From an uncultured Acidobacteriota bacterium (GTDB lineage: Bacteria > Acidobacteriota > Thermoanaerobaculia > Gp7-AA8), in NCBI GenBank assembly GCA_963822445.1, contig CAWGHO010000003.1:1728001-1792000 (forward strand): a stretch of DNA of 64,000 bases. The letters are read 5' to 3'. Position numbers and translations under genes: made by a program. Positions 52,053 through 64,000 of the stretch are shown here, piece by piece (the first letter of the stretch is position 1; each line of letters begins with the position of its first letter). The notes under the pieces were generated by a model that worked only from the letters and a program-made list of their open reading frames with translations, was not told where the DNA came from and ran no database searches.

Positions 52053-55000
52053 ATGAAAAGGCTCGCCTTCCCGGCGCTTTGTGCGGTGCTGTTGCTCTCC
52101 TTCGCGCCCTCGCTCATGGCGCAATGCGGTTCGGAGATCCCGATCGTTTCCCCGGCCAACGGCTCGACGATTCCGAAAGAGAACGTCGTCCTCCAGTGGG
52201 CCACGGTGCCCGGCGTCAACAGCTACGACGTCTTCTTCGGACCGCTCGGTCCCGGCGTCTGCACAGGCACTCCGCACGCGACGGTCAACGACACGCAGTG
52301 GAGCCCGCCGTCGAACGAGGTCACCGACAACCAAACCTACGGCTGGCGCGTCGTCGCCAACGGCACGAACTGCACCGCGCCTCCACCGCCGTCGACGACG
52401 TGCGCTTCCTTCAACACCAACACGAATCAGGGCTGCCAGCTCGCCGCGCCGACCCTGGTCTCGCCAAACGCCGGCTACCACCCTTACGGCCAGGTCACCT
52501 TCGACTGGAACCCCGTCGCGAACGCGACGTCCTACGAGCTCTTCACCTCCGTCGACAACGATCCGCCGTCGTCGCAGGGAGTGACGACGCAGACCAGCAA
52601 GACCCTCTTCATCGAGCCAGGCCGCTTCATCAAATGGGCGGTGGTCGCGCACGCGCATAACTGCGTCAGCGCCACGTCCGCGGTCTCGACCTTCACCACC
52701 AATTGCCCTGACGAAGTGCCGACGCTCATCGCGCCGCAGCACAACGCGCGCTTCGATGAAGGCGCCCCGATCACCTTCATCTGGAACGCCGTCGTCGGCG
52801 CCGCGGGCTACGACATCTACGTCAGCTCGAATGCGGGCGCGACGTACGACCTCCTCGTCGAGAACCTCACCGGCCGCACGCACACGGCCACGCTGCCAAA
52901 GGGCGAGTGGTCCTGGTATCTCCGCGCCAATTACGACGGAGATTGCGACCCGGGCTACAGCCAGCCCTCGCAGTTCGCGGTCGGCAGCGCCACGGAGTGC
53001 TCGACCGACGGGCCGCTGCTGCTGTCGCCGGCAAATGGTGCGAACAGTGTGGCGTCGCCGGTCACGTTCCAATGGCGCTCGGTTCGGGGCGCGACGCGGT
53101 ATGCGGTCTTCGTCGCCATCAACAGCGACGACTTCGCTTTCTACGGCACCACCCAGGCAACGGAGCTCGAAGGATTCGTTCCCGATGGCACCATCCGCTG
53201 GCTGGTCGCGGCGATCTTCCCCAACTGCCCCGAAACGCGCAGCAGTGTCTCCACCTTCACCGCGGGCGACATCAATGACTGCCCGACCGGAACGATCTCC
53301 CTGCGCTCCCCCGCCGACGGCGCAACCGTCAGCGCACCGGTGACGCTGTCTTGGTCCGCGCTCGCGGGCGTCGACTTTTATCGCGTCACGGTCATCCTCA
53401 GTGACGAGACGTCGATCGTTCGTCGCACGACGGCCACAGAAGCAGAGTTTCGATCTCCCGGCCGGCGCGATGCGCTGGTACGTGGAAGGGATCAACGAAG
53501 GCTGCGATCCCATCCTCTCGAACCAGGGGCGCTTCACCGTGCAGCGCGCGACGAACTGCGCGACCAATCCCGCGCCGACGCTCATCGCGCCGCTGAGCAC
53601 CGGGACCAATTCGGTTGTAGTCACGAGCCCGGTCACGTTCAGTTGGAACGCGGCGACCGGCGCACTCGGCTACCGCCTGTGGGTCTCCCCCAACGGCAAA
53701 GCCTTCGAAGACATCGGCCTGACCGACAAGACCCAGATCACGATTCCTCTCCCCGGCGGCGCGTATGCATGGTTCGTCGATGCGCTGTTTCGTAACTGCG
53801 ACCCGGTGCCGTCGACGCGCGGCTTTTTCGTCATCGCCGACACCACCCAGCGCTGCCCGACGAATGCTCCCGCTCCGCTGGCTCCCGCGCAGGGATCCAC
53901 CAGTGCGGCGCCTGTTCGCTTCAGCTGGACCGAAGTTGCGGCCGCGGAGAAGTACCGCGTGTTCGTTTCCATCGATGGTTCCGAGGAGCGGTTGATCGGG
54001 ACGACGGAAGACACTTCGCTCGAGCGCGTTCTGCCGCCGGGTGCTGCGCGCTGGAGAGTCGAGGCCATCGCCGCCGAATGCCGCGCTCTTTCGTCAGACG
54101 TCGTTCCGTTCACGATCCCCGAGGCGGCGAATTGCAGCGACGACAAACCGGGATTGGTGTCGCCGGCCAACGGCGCGACGCTCAGTGAACAGGAAATGGA
54201 GTTCGCCTGGACGCCGGTCAGCGGCGCCGTGCGCTACGTGATCATCGCCAAGACCGAGGATGGCTCGCCCGTTCCCGTTGGCGACAGCGCGGAGACGACC
54301 TTCCGCCGGCGCATGCCCTTCGGCCGCAACGAATGGTGGGTGGTGGTGTTCTTCGCCGGATGCGAGCCGGTGGAATCCGAGCATTTCCAGTTCACCATCA
54401 CGCGCGATCAGAACTGCAGCAACCGCAGCCCGATCCTGCTGCAGCCCTCCGAAAGCACACGCGACGTCTACTCGCCGGTGACCTTCGCCTGGACGCGCGT
54501 GCCGGGCGCGATCGGCTATCAGATCTGGGTGCCGCAAGGCTCGCCGGTCATGAATCCCACGGCCAGCATCATCGCGTCGACGACGGAAACGACGGCCACC
54601 GTCGATCTGCCGCCGGGCACGTACCAGTGGTACGTCGTCGCTCGCTTCGCCACCTGCGATCCGACGGAATCAGCGATCGCCGAGTTCGAGGTCAAAGAGC
54701 CCGTTCCCTGCGGCACGCCCGATCAACCGACGGCCCAGGTCCTCGGACAAGCCCTTTCCGGAACGCCGTATCGCCTGCGCTGGACGCCGCTGCCCAACGT
54801 CGATGTGTACGAGGTCCAGGAGTCGACCTCGCTGACGTTCGAAAGCGCCGAGACGACCGTCGTCGAGCGTCCCGTGCTGCTTTTCGAGCACGAGGTCACC
54901 TCGCCGCTGCAGTACCACTATCGCGTTCGCGGCATCAGCAACTGCGATGACTCGCGCGGTCCGTACTCCGATCCGGTGAGCATCTTCATCGTGCCGCCGC

Positions 55001-56789
55001 GGACCAGCAACGCCAGCGCGGAAGTCGGTGTGGAAGGAACGATCGTGCAGACGGTCACCCTCCCCGCATCGCCGACGCCTCTTCCCTTCGTAGCGAAAGT
55101 TGACAAGCCGTGGCTGACGGTGACGCCCTCCAGCGGCGTCGTCGGGACGACCCGGTCACCTTGACCGTCACGGCCGACCCCTCCGTCCTCTTCCTCGGCA
55201 CGAACACCGGCACGGTCACGGTCGAGTACACGACGCCGTCGAACGGAAAGATCGAATCGAACGGGACGACATTCAGCAGCGTGCCCGTGTCGGTCAGCCT
55301 GGTCACGCCGGTAACGCCGGTCGGTAAAGGAACGCCGCCGCCCGACGCGCTGATCTTCCCCATCGTCGGTCACGCCACCGGCGTCAACGACTCGCTCTTC
55401 GAGTCCGACATCCGCATCGCCAACCTCACGCCGCAGACGATGAAGTACCAGGTCAACTTCACGCCGTCTGGAACGGACGGAACGCAGACCGGCAGTTCGA
55501 CGACGATCGAAGTGCCGCCGAACACGACCACCGCGCTCGATGACATCGTGGCCAGCGTCTTCGGCACGGGCACGATCTCCAGCGCTCTCGGGATGCTCGA
55601 AGTGCGTCCGCTGACTACGTCCACGACCTCGCCGAGTCTCTTCTCGGCGGTTTCGTCCGCGTTCCCCGCGCTTGCAACCGCGGCGTCGAGCCGCACCTAC
55701 AACTTCACGCCGAACGGCACGTACGGTCAGTTCATCCCGGCGATTCCGTTCTCGAAGTTCGTCGGCAAGGGCTCGATCCTGTCGCTGCTGCAGGTCGCGC
55801 AATCGGCGGACTACCGCGCGAACTTCGGATTCGCCGAAGCGGGCGGCTCGCCGGTGGACCTGCTCGTGCGGGTGTACGACACGAAGAACATCCTCCTGGC
55901 CACGATCCCCGTCTCGCTGGGCGCAACGCAGCACACGCAGATGAACGGACTGCTCGCGCAGAACGGGATCAACGATCTGGCCGACGGCCGCGTGGAAGTG
56001 GAAGTGGTCAACGGCGACGGCAAGGTGACCGCGTACGTGTCCGAGCTCGACAACCGCACCAGCGATCCGCTGCTGGTGAACGCCGTGCCGAAGGGCGCGA
56101 CCTCCGCGAATCGCTATGTCGTTCCGGGCATGGCCTACATCGACAACGGCTTCGCGTTCTGGGTCAGCGACCTGCGCATCTTCAACGCCGGCACGACTTC
56201 GACGCCGGCCACGGTCACGTTCTACCCGCAGGGCAACGGCACGCCCGTGGCGCGAAACATCACCCTCGACGCGGGTGAGATCGAAGTGCTGAACAACGTC
56301 GTGGCCACTCTGTTCGGTCAACCGAACGGCTCGGGCGGCGCGATCGCGATCACCACGCCGGCGAACACGCAGCTGTCGGCGACCGCGCGCACGTACAACC
56401 AGACCAGCAACGGGACTTACGGTCAATTCATCCCCGGCGTTACGGTTGCGGAGTCGGTCGGCAATGGCGATCGCGCGCTGCAGCTGCTGCAGCTCGAGAC
56501 GTCCTCCCGTTTCCGCACGAACGTCGGCGTGACCGAGACCTCGGGCAACCCCGCGCGCGTGGAGTTGACGGCGATTCAGCCTGATTCGATCGTCACGCCG
56601 ATCATCACTCTCGATCTGGCAGCGGGCGAGTTCCGCCAGATCAGCCTCGCCGACTTCTTCGAGGCCGGCGCGGCGGTCTACAACGCCCGCGTGACGGTGA
56701 AGGTGGTTAGCGGATCGGGTCGGGTGACGGCGTACGGATCGGCGATCGACGTGACGACGCAGGACCCGACCTACGTACCAGCGCAGTAG
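52053..56789 (+). CDS. large secreted surface protein (~1580 aa): Fn3-like Cys-linked repeats, BACON-like domain, duplicated C-terminal module; split by frameshifts near 53450 and 55150
   Basis: Signal peptide; repeated P.L.SPANG...VTF.W..V.GA..Y.V; ORFs 52053, 53401 and 55110 join seamlessly; KPWLTVTPSSG..VTLTVTADPS; RTYN..GTYGQFIP occurs twice. Confidence 0.8.
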
Positions 56790-56795
56790 CGAAGC

Positions 56796-56891
56796 TCTGG
56801 ACTGCGGCGGCAAGGCCGCCGCTCTCACTCGCCGCAGCGCCAGCTGCGGCTGGCGCAAGTGAGAGCGGCAGCCTTGCTGCCGCAGTCCAGA
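56796..56891. repeat. REP-like inverted-repeat element, family A
   Basis: TCTGGACTGCGGC...GCCGCAGTCCAGA between convergent genes; same arms as 9051-9136. Confidence 0.8.
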
Positions 56892-56895
56892 CTGT

Positions 56896-57159
56896 CTACC
56901 GCCGGTTCTTGTCCACGATCGCCACGATGATCACCACGAACGCGGCCAGCCGCAGCAGATAGAAGATCGTCTGATCCTCCATCGTCTCGCGGGTCATGGT
57001 GATGGCGAACCGCTGCACGGCCAGGAGCAGGAAGGCCAGCGAGAACATGCCGAAGAGGCGGTCGCGCGACGCGCTCCAGAAGCGCAGGAAGAACAGCGCC
57101 GCGACGGCGTAACCCATCAGCAGCGCACCCGAGACCACTCCGTTCAGCGCGTTTCCCAT
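56896..57159 (-). CDS. small 3-TM protein, DUF5985-like
   Basis: ALFFLRFW..SRDRLF..F..AF and LRLAAF..IIVAIVDKNR. Confidence 0.75.
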   Translation of the reverse strand: MGNALNGVVSGALLMGYAVAALFFLRFWSASRDRLFGMFSLAFLLLAVQRFAITMTRETMEDQTIFYLLRLAAFVVIIVAIVDKNRR

Positions 57160-57416
57160 ATCAATCCATAGAGCAGCAGGGCCACGCCCACGAGCGCCGG
57201 AATCAGCCGCACGGTGAGGAGGTCGAACCGCGTGACGTGCTGCGCATCGACGATGAGGAGGACGTTGTTCAGCGCGAGGCCGATGAAGCAGAGAGCGCTC
57301 CAGAACAGCAGCCGCGCTCCCGATTGTCTGTAGCCGCGAACGAGCAGCGCCGCACAGAGCGCGCTCGTTGCAGCGCAGAGGACGTAGACGATCGTCGCGA
57401 ACATGTTCTCCATCAT
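57144..57416 (-). CDS. small 3-TM protein, DUF5985-like paralogue
   Basis: VYVLCAATSALCAALLVRGY...RLLFWSALCF.GLALNN.LL..D...LLYGLIWE. Confidence 0.75.
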   Translation of the reverse strand: MMENMFATIVYVLCAATSALCAALLVRGYRQSGARLLFWSALCFIGLALNNVLLIVDAQHVTRFDLLTVRLIPALVGVALLLYGLIWETR

Positions 57417-57787
57417 TTCTTGAACTTGAAGGCGTCGGCGAAGCTTCGAAGCGGATCGGGGGGCGCGCCGACGACCGCTGCGACAACCTGACGGTCCTCG
57501 CCGTAAATCTGAGCGAGCTCGGTTACAAGAGCGTCGACCTCTTCATCGCCGCCGGCATACCGGTAGCGCGGCACACCGCTCGGCTCGAACGAGAGGAGAC
57601 CGCTCGAGGCGAGGAGAAACAGGCGCATCGCTGCCGATTCGGACGGCATCTTCAGCTCCGTCGCCACCTCATTCGCCGACCACGAACGGGCCTGGTCGCC
57701 GCGCAGAAGAAGAACGATCTCGATCTGTTCGAGCGAGGGAAGGCGCTGCTGCAGCAACGACTGAAGTGATTCGGAGATACGACCCAC
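57413..57787 (-). CDS. conserved hypothetical, winged-helix-like protein
   Basis: SLEQIEIVLLL...WSANEVATEL...L...GLL...YRY...FADAFKFK; stop overlaps next start. Confidence 0.65.
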   Translation of the reverse strand: MGRISESLQSLLQQRLPSLEQIEIVLLLRGDQARSWSANEVATELKMPSESAAMRLFLLASSGLLSFEPSGVPRYRYAGGDEEVDALVTELAQIYGEDRQVVAAVVGAPPDPLRSFADAFKFKK

Positions 57788-57808
57788 TGCGCGGCGGGCA
57801 TGCGCGAT

Positions 57809-58687
57809 TCAGGCCAGCCGCAGGAAGATCGCCGCGCCGATGCTGCCCACGATCATGAGCATCCCCAGGAACCTTCCGCAGCCGACCGAGGTCGCGAGAA
57901 CCTCGCGCACAGTTTCCTTTTCGCCGCGGTAAACCCAGAGCCCCTGTTCCTTCGTCGCAATCAGCGCTTTCTCCGCCGCCGACCAGATTCCGATCGCGCA
58001 CGCCTTCTGTCCGGGCGGGACCGACGTCTCATGAAAGACGCAGTCTTCCAGAGGGCGGCCGCTGCCCTGGCGGAAATCGCGGGCTGTGCGCTCTCGGCCG
58101 TCCCACATGTCGTCCATGACCTCGATCCACTCGATGTGTCCCAGACGCTTCTCCTCGAACCGCGCGAAGCGCAGATGCTCCTTCACCCTTTCGCGCGCTT
58201 CGGAAGAGAGGATGTACTTCTCGCCGAAGTCGTGCAGGTTCGGGAAGCCTCCCAGCCGCGCGCTGAACTTCGCCCCCTCGATCCGGGCCGGGCTCGCGCC
58301 GTAGCCGGCGTAATCGACGACGTCCTTCCGGCCGGCGCGCGAAGAGGGCGAGAAGCGTTCGTAGTGCAGAACGGTGTAGAGGTAGAGCAGCGCGGGACGT
58401 CCGCGAACCGGCGAGGCGAACGGCTCACCGTCCGCCTCGAGCGTGCCGCAGATGGCGACCCGCTCTCCGTCGCGCGGTGACGTGACGCGGTCGGATTGCT
58501 CGACGAGCTTCATGTCCCGCCGCTCGCGGCCCGACAGGCGGATCATGCCGATGCCGGTGGCGCCGATGGCGGCCAGGCCGATGCTCCAGGCGGCCGCGCG
58601 CGCGGGCGACATCTTCGGCACGACGATCGCCGCGAAGACGATCGCCAGAATCACCAGCCGCGCCCACCAGGACCGCACGAGCATCAT
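57809..58687 (-). CDS. hypothetical membrane protein (N- and C-terminal TMs)
   Basis: Two N-terminal and one C-terminal hydrophobic segments; ATGA overlap with upstream gene. Confidence 0.6.
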   Translation of the reverse strand: MMLVRSWWARLVILAIVFAAIVVPKMSPARAAAWSIGLAAIGATGIGMIRLSGRERRDMKLVEQSDRVTSPRDGERVAICGTLEADGEPFASPVRGRPALLYLYTVLHYERFSPSSRAGRKDVVDYAGYGASPARIEGAKFSARLGGFPNLHDFGEKYILSSEARERVKEHLRFARFEEKRLGHIEWIEVMDDMWDGRERTARDFRQGSGRPLEDCVFHETSVPPGQKACAIGIWSAAEKALIATKEQGLWVYRGEKETVREVLATSVGCGRFLGMLMIVGSIGAAIFLRLA

Positions 58688-59514
58688 CGCTTCAGTTTCG
58701 TCCTCCGCAGCCGCACCTTGTTCGTGGGCGACGTCTCCAGCAGGAGCAGATCGCCGTTCGCCGCGAACGCGCCGCCGACGGGCGACCAGCTGCCGTTCGA
58801 GTCGACGACCACGCTCACTTTACCGTCCGCGGCGATGCGCTTCACCTTTCCCTCGCTGTACGACGCCACGTAGAGATTGCCGGCGCGATCGGTCCACAGA
58901 CCCATCACCGAATGCTGGGCCATCACCTGCGGACGGAAGATGCTCGTGTCGGAGATGTTCTTCGCCAGCCGCGTCACGGCGCCGTTCGGACTGACTTTCA
59001 CCACGTCCGTGCGATCGACGAGATAGAGCGTCGCGTCCGGCGTGGCGATCATCCAGCGGATGTTCGTGAAGCCGCGGGCCACGACGCTCTTCCGCCCGTT
59101 CGGAGCGATTTTCTCGATGCGCTTTCGGTCGGTGCCGGCCACGTACTGATTGCCCGCCGCATCGCGCACGAAGCTGTAGTCGCGAGGGAACCCTTCCCGG
59201 TCCTGGATCAGCTTCACCACCTTGCCGTCCGGTGACCGGCGCCAGAGGTAGTGGCCCCACTTGTCGATCCGTTCCCCTTCGTACCAGAGATGCTCGCCGT
59301 ACAGATTGCCCCGCGCGTCGAGATAGAGCTCGTGCGTGTGCACGCCCGTCACAGCCACGGTTTTCGTCCCGTTCGGCGCGACCTTCCAGACCTGATCGAG
59401 ATCGGAGTAATACGCGTTGCCCTGCGCGTCGATCACCACCGATACCGGCGGATGGGCGGAGAGCGGCAGCGCCGCGGCGGCGAGAGTGGCGATCAGGAGA
59501 AGGCGCGCGTTCAT
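58684..59514 (-). CDS. secreted NHL/SMP-30-like beta-propeller protein
   Basis: Signal peptide; repeated D..GN.YV motifs and KIAPNG blades. Confidence 0.75.
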   Translation of the reverse strand: MNARLLLIATLAAAALPLSAHPPVSVVIDAQGNAYYSDLDQVWKVAPNGTKTVAVTGVHTHELYLDARGNLYGEHLWYEGERIDKWGHYLWRRSPDGKVVKLIQDREGFPRDYSFVRDAAGNQYVAGTDRKRIEKIAPNGRKSVVARGFTNIRWMIATPDATLYLVDRTDVVKVSPNGAVTRLAKNISDTSIFRPQVMAQHSVMGLWTDRAGNLYVASYSEGKVKRIAADGKVSVVVDSNGSWSPVGGAFAANGDLLLLETSPTNKVRLRRTKLKR

Positions 59515-59544
59515 GCACGGAAGGTGCGCCGCCACGGCATTCCG

Positions 59545-60033
59545 TTAACCCTGCCGCGGAAAGTAGCCCTCGAAACAGATGATCGAGCCCGGCTTCCCCG
59601 GCTTCCGAAGATCGGGGAGCTTGTACGTTCTCATCCCGTCACCGCCGAACTGGGACCCCACCACGGCGTACAGCTTCTGGTAATCGCCGCTGATCTGCAG
59701 CTCCTGACCGTTCGCGGGCACGCAGTTGTCCGGCGGGTCCCCCGACTCCCACGGAACGATGAGGCCGACGAGCTCCGGCTCCCAGCGTGGCCGGGGTGCT
59801 CCCGGCGGGCTGTACAAGCCCTGGCTGGCTACGATCCAGTGGACGCCCCGCACCGGATCCGCGAGGTTCGGCAGCGCGATCGTTTCGTGATCGCCGTGCG
59901 TGGCAATCCCCAGTGCCCCACCGAGGTGCGGGTGGTCGCTCGTCGAGATCCGCCTGCCATCACAGCGAAGCCAGCCCTCGACAGACAAATCGTTCGGCCA
60001 CATGGCCAACGCTCCGAGCAGCGGATCGCCCAT
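59545..60033 (-). CDS. phage tail-collar domain protein (two tandem collar units)
   Basis: GWLRCDGR..IALPNL and CVPANGQEL...LYAVVGSQFGGDG...YKLPDLR...IICFEGYFP; AGGAGG RBS. Confidence 0.8.
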   Translation of the reverse strand: MGDPLLGALAMWPNDLSVEGWLRCDGRRISTSDHPHLGGALGIATHGDHETIALPNLADPVRGVHWIVASQGLYSPPGAPRPRWEPELVGLIVPWESGDPPDNCVPANGQELQISGDYQKLYAVVGSQFGGDGMRTYKLPDLRKPGKPGSIICFEGYFPRQG

Positions 60034-60082
60034 GCTCTACCTCCTGTTTGTAGCGGGATTCGGGGATGGTATACCCGGCCGT

Positions 60083-60571
60083 TCATGCCCGCGGCGGAAA
60101 CTTCCCCTTCACGCAGATGATGGCCTGCTCCTCGTCGTTCTCGAGGCGGTCCCGGAGATCGGGAAGCTGAAAGGTCACCTGGCTCGAACCGCCGAAGCGA
60201 TTCCCGAGGATCGAGAAGAGCTCGGGGTTGTCGCGGATGTTGATGACCTGCCCTTCGGCGAACACGCAGTTCTCGGGCGGCTTCCGGCGCGTCCAGCCGG
60301 CGAGCACGCCGACGATGTCCGGAATGTACGGTGGCCGCGGTTCATCCCGCCGCGCAAACGTGCCGTCGGCGTTGATGATGTAGCGGACGCCGGCGAGCGG
60401 GTCCGCCTTCTTCGGCAACCGGAACGAATCCCCTTCAGGCTCCCCACCCAGCGTCGCGTAGAGCGCCAGGTTTCCCTGGATCGGAATCAGCCTGCCGTCG
60501 CACAGGGACCACCCGCGCAACTCGAAATCCCCTGTAAACATCGCCATCGTCCCGACGAGCGTTTCGGCCAT
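60083..60571 (-). CDS. phage tail-collar domain protein (two tandem collar units)
   Basis: C-terminal part of ORF 60083..61597 from ATG 60571: GTMAMFTGDF..GWSLCDGRLIPI..ALYATLG; LFSILGNRFGG..FQLPDLR..IICVKGKFP. Confidence 0.8.
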   Translation of the reverse strand: MAETLVGTMAMFTGDFELRGWSLCDGRLIPIQGNLALYATLGGEPEGDSFRLPKKADPLAGVRYIINADGTFARRDEPRPPYIPDIVGVLAGWTRRKPPENCVFAEGQVINIRDNPELFSILGNRFGGSSQVTFQLPDLRDRLENDEEQAIICVKGKFPPRA

Positions 60572-60667
60572 CGATCCCCCCTCAGCTCTCTTTTCTCGAT
60601 GCGACCATGGTAGTCCCCGCGGAGGCGCTGCATATAATGCGCGCCGCAAATCACGGAGGTCTTCCCC

Positions 60668-62079
60668 TTGGCAGAAAACGCTCAACAGCAATACGACGTG
60701 GTCATCATCGGCAGCGGACCGGGCGGATACGTGGCCGGCATCCGCGCCGGGCAGCTCGGAATGAAAGTGGCGGTGGTCGAGAAAGATCCGTTTCTCGGCG
60801 GCACCTGCCTGCACCGCGGCTGCATCCCCACCAAATCGCTTCTCGAGAACGCCGACGTCTGGGGCAAGATCCAGAAGGCGAAAGACTTCGGCATCACGGT
60901 CGGCGACGTCACCATCAACTTCTCCGAAGTGCAGAAGCGCAAGCAGGGCGTGGTCGACAACAACGCCAAGGGCATCGAGTTCCTCTTCAAGAAGAACAAG
61001 GTCGAGCGCATCCTCGGCCACGGCCGCGTGGTGAAAGCCGGCGTCGTGGAAGTCGAGGGCGAAGGCGGCAAGAAGACCCTCAACACCAAGAACATCATCC
61101 TGGCCATGGGCTCGGTGCCGCGCGACCTGCCCCACATCAAGGCCGACGGCAAGCGGATCATCAACTCCGATCACATCCTGATGCTCGACTACATCCCGAA
61201 GTCGATGCTGGTCATCGGCGCGGGCGCGGTGGGATGCGAGTTCGCCTCGATCTTCTCCCGCTTCGGCACGAAGACGACCATCGTCGAGGTCATGCCCCAG
61301 CTCCTGCCGATCGAGGACGACGAGATCGCCAAGGAGTTCACCCGCATCTTCAAGAAGAAAGGCATCGACGTCTTCACCGACGCGAAGGTGCTCTCCTGCG
61401 AAGTCGGCGAGAACGGCGTGAAGTCGACCGTCGAGGTGAAGGGCAAGCAGCAGGTCATCGAGACGGAGCTCGTCCTCTCGGCGACGGGCCGCGGTCCCGT
61501 GACCGGCGACGCGGGCCTCAAGAACACGAAGGTGAAAGTCAGCGATCGCGGGTTCGTCGAGGTCGACGAATTCATGCGCACCGCGCGAGCCGGGCATCTA
61601 CGCCATCGGCGACATCGTCCCCACTCCCGCCCTCGCCCACTGCGCCTCGGCCGAAGGAATCCTCGCTGTCGAGCACATGAAGGGCATGCCCGTGCGCGCC
61701 ATCAACTACGACCACGTTCCCAACGCGACGTACACCGAGCCCGAGGTTGCTTCGGTGGGGCTGACGGAGAAGAAGGCGAAGGAGAAGGGCTACGACGTGA
61801 AGATCGGCAAGTTCCCCTTCAGCGCGAACTCGAAGGCGAAGATCATCGGCGAGTCGAACGGTCTCGTGAAGATACGTCGTCGACGCGAAATACGACGAAG
61901 TCCTCGGCGTCCACATCGTCGGCCCGAAAGCCACGGAGCTGATCGTCGAAGCCTGCGCCGCGCTGGAGCTCGAGGCGACGAGCGAGTCGATCGCCAAGAC
62001 CATCCACGCCCACCCGACGCTGTCGGAGGCCCTCATGGAAGCAGCGGAGGCGGTGCAGGGGCACGCGATTCACATTTGA
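60668..62079 (+). CDS. lpdA: dihydrolipoamide dehydrogenase (two apparent +1 frameshifts near 61585 and 61875)
   Basis: [30 protein letters not shown]; shifted frames give [26 protein letters not shown]. Confidence 0.92.
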
Positions 62080-63076
62080 ATACGACCAATTCGTACGGCC
62101 TTTCACCCGAGCAACTTCTCGAGATCGACTACTTCCTGCGCCTCACCCGGACACTGGAAGAACGGCTCGTCGCGCTCTTCCGCCAATCGAAGGTCATCGG
62201 AGGGCTCTACCGCTCCCTTGGCCAGGAAGGGGAGTCGGTCGCGGCGGCGTATGCGCTCGATTACACGCAGGGCGACGTCGTGCAGCCGCTCATCCGCAAC
62301 ATCGGGTCGATTCTCGTTGCCGGCGCGAAGCCGGCGGACATCATCAAGCAGTACATGGCCAAGGGTGACGGCCCCACGCGCGGACGCGAGCTGAACATCC
62401 ATTTCGGCCATCCCGCGCGCGACGGTTTCATCGGCCAGATCTCCATGCTCGGCGACATGATTCCGGTCATGGCCGGCATCGCTCTCGCCGGGCGGATGCA
62501 GAAGCGCAAGCTGGTGACCCTGGCTTTCATCGGCGACGGCGGCTCATCGACCGGCGCGTTCTGGGAAGGATTCAACTTCGCCGCGGTGCAGAAGCTGCCG
62601 ATGGTCATCGTCGTCGAGGACAACGGCTACGCCTACTCGACGCCGACCTCGAAACAGACAGCGGCGCGGACGCTCGCCGACAAAGCGCGTCGCCGTCGGC
62701 TGCACCGGCGTCACCGTCGACGGCAACGACGTGCTCGCTGTCTACGGCGCCGCGAAGCAGGCCATCGAGCGCGCGCGCAACGGCGAGGGAGTGACGCTTC
62801 TCGAAGTGAAGACGTTCCGCCTCAAGGGACACGCCGAGCACGACAACCAGTCGTACGTACCGGCCGAGGTCATCGAGGAATGGAAGGCGAAAGACCCTTT
62901 GCCGCGATTCGAGAAGGTGCTGATGGAGCTCGGCGTGGCCACGCAGGAGGACTTCACGAAGATTCAACAGCGCGTGAAGAGCGAGGTCGACACGGCTACC
63001 GACGAGGCCGACCGCTCGCCGATGCCCGATCCCGCGGACGCCGCGCGCGGCCTGTACATCGAGGATGGTTACTGGA

Positions 63077-63084
<8 letters not shown>
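62076..63084 (+). CDS. 2-oxoacid (pyruvate/branched-chain) dehydrogenase E1 alpha (frameshift near 62688)
   Basis: TTG overlaps lpdA stop; SLGQE, TPP motif GDGG...EGFNFA...EDNGYAYS; shifted frame [17 protein letters not shown]. Confidence 0.9.

Positions 63085-64000
<916 letters not shown>

Noticed and set aside
59545-60571. Prophage
   Set aside because: No integrase, terminase, capsid or other tail genes; flanks are host genes
60572-61597. Upstream 342 aa of ORF 60083..61597
   Set aside because: Antisense to lpdA; only the part from ATG 60571 looks like protein

Overview
High-GC bacterial chromosomal segment. Gene content suggests Acidobacteriota, probably Thermoanaerobaculia-like (inference only). 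Housekeeping genes: mutS2-dnaG-rpoD, tRNA-Leu(UAA), an acyl-CoA dehydrogenase, nadA, thrC, and lpdA plus 2-oxoacid dehydrogenase E1 alpha/beta. These surround many eukaryote-like signalling genes: three Ser/Thr kinases (one with a HAMP and degenerate cyclase, one fused to an ATPase-TPR-GAF-sigma54 activator), two PAS histidine kinases and an MglA-like GTPase. An accessory region (~19.6-37.7 kb) carries two membrane-anchored TIR proteins and several orphan genes. Its right part is bounded by a 50/54-identical duplication of the last codons of the kinase-sigma54 activator gene, which looks like an integration scar. Also present: a Tat multicopper oxidase, a small Zn-finger gene behind three palindromes facing a candidate structured sRNA next to the tRNA, two double tail-collar genes with no phage context, a large repeat-rich surface protein and several intergenic palindrome/repeat families. 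At least seven 1-2 base frameshifts in otherwise intact genes suggest assembly indel errors. All calls come from reading motifs by eye; no searches were run.
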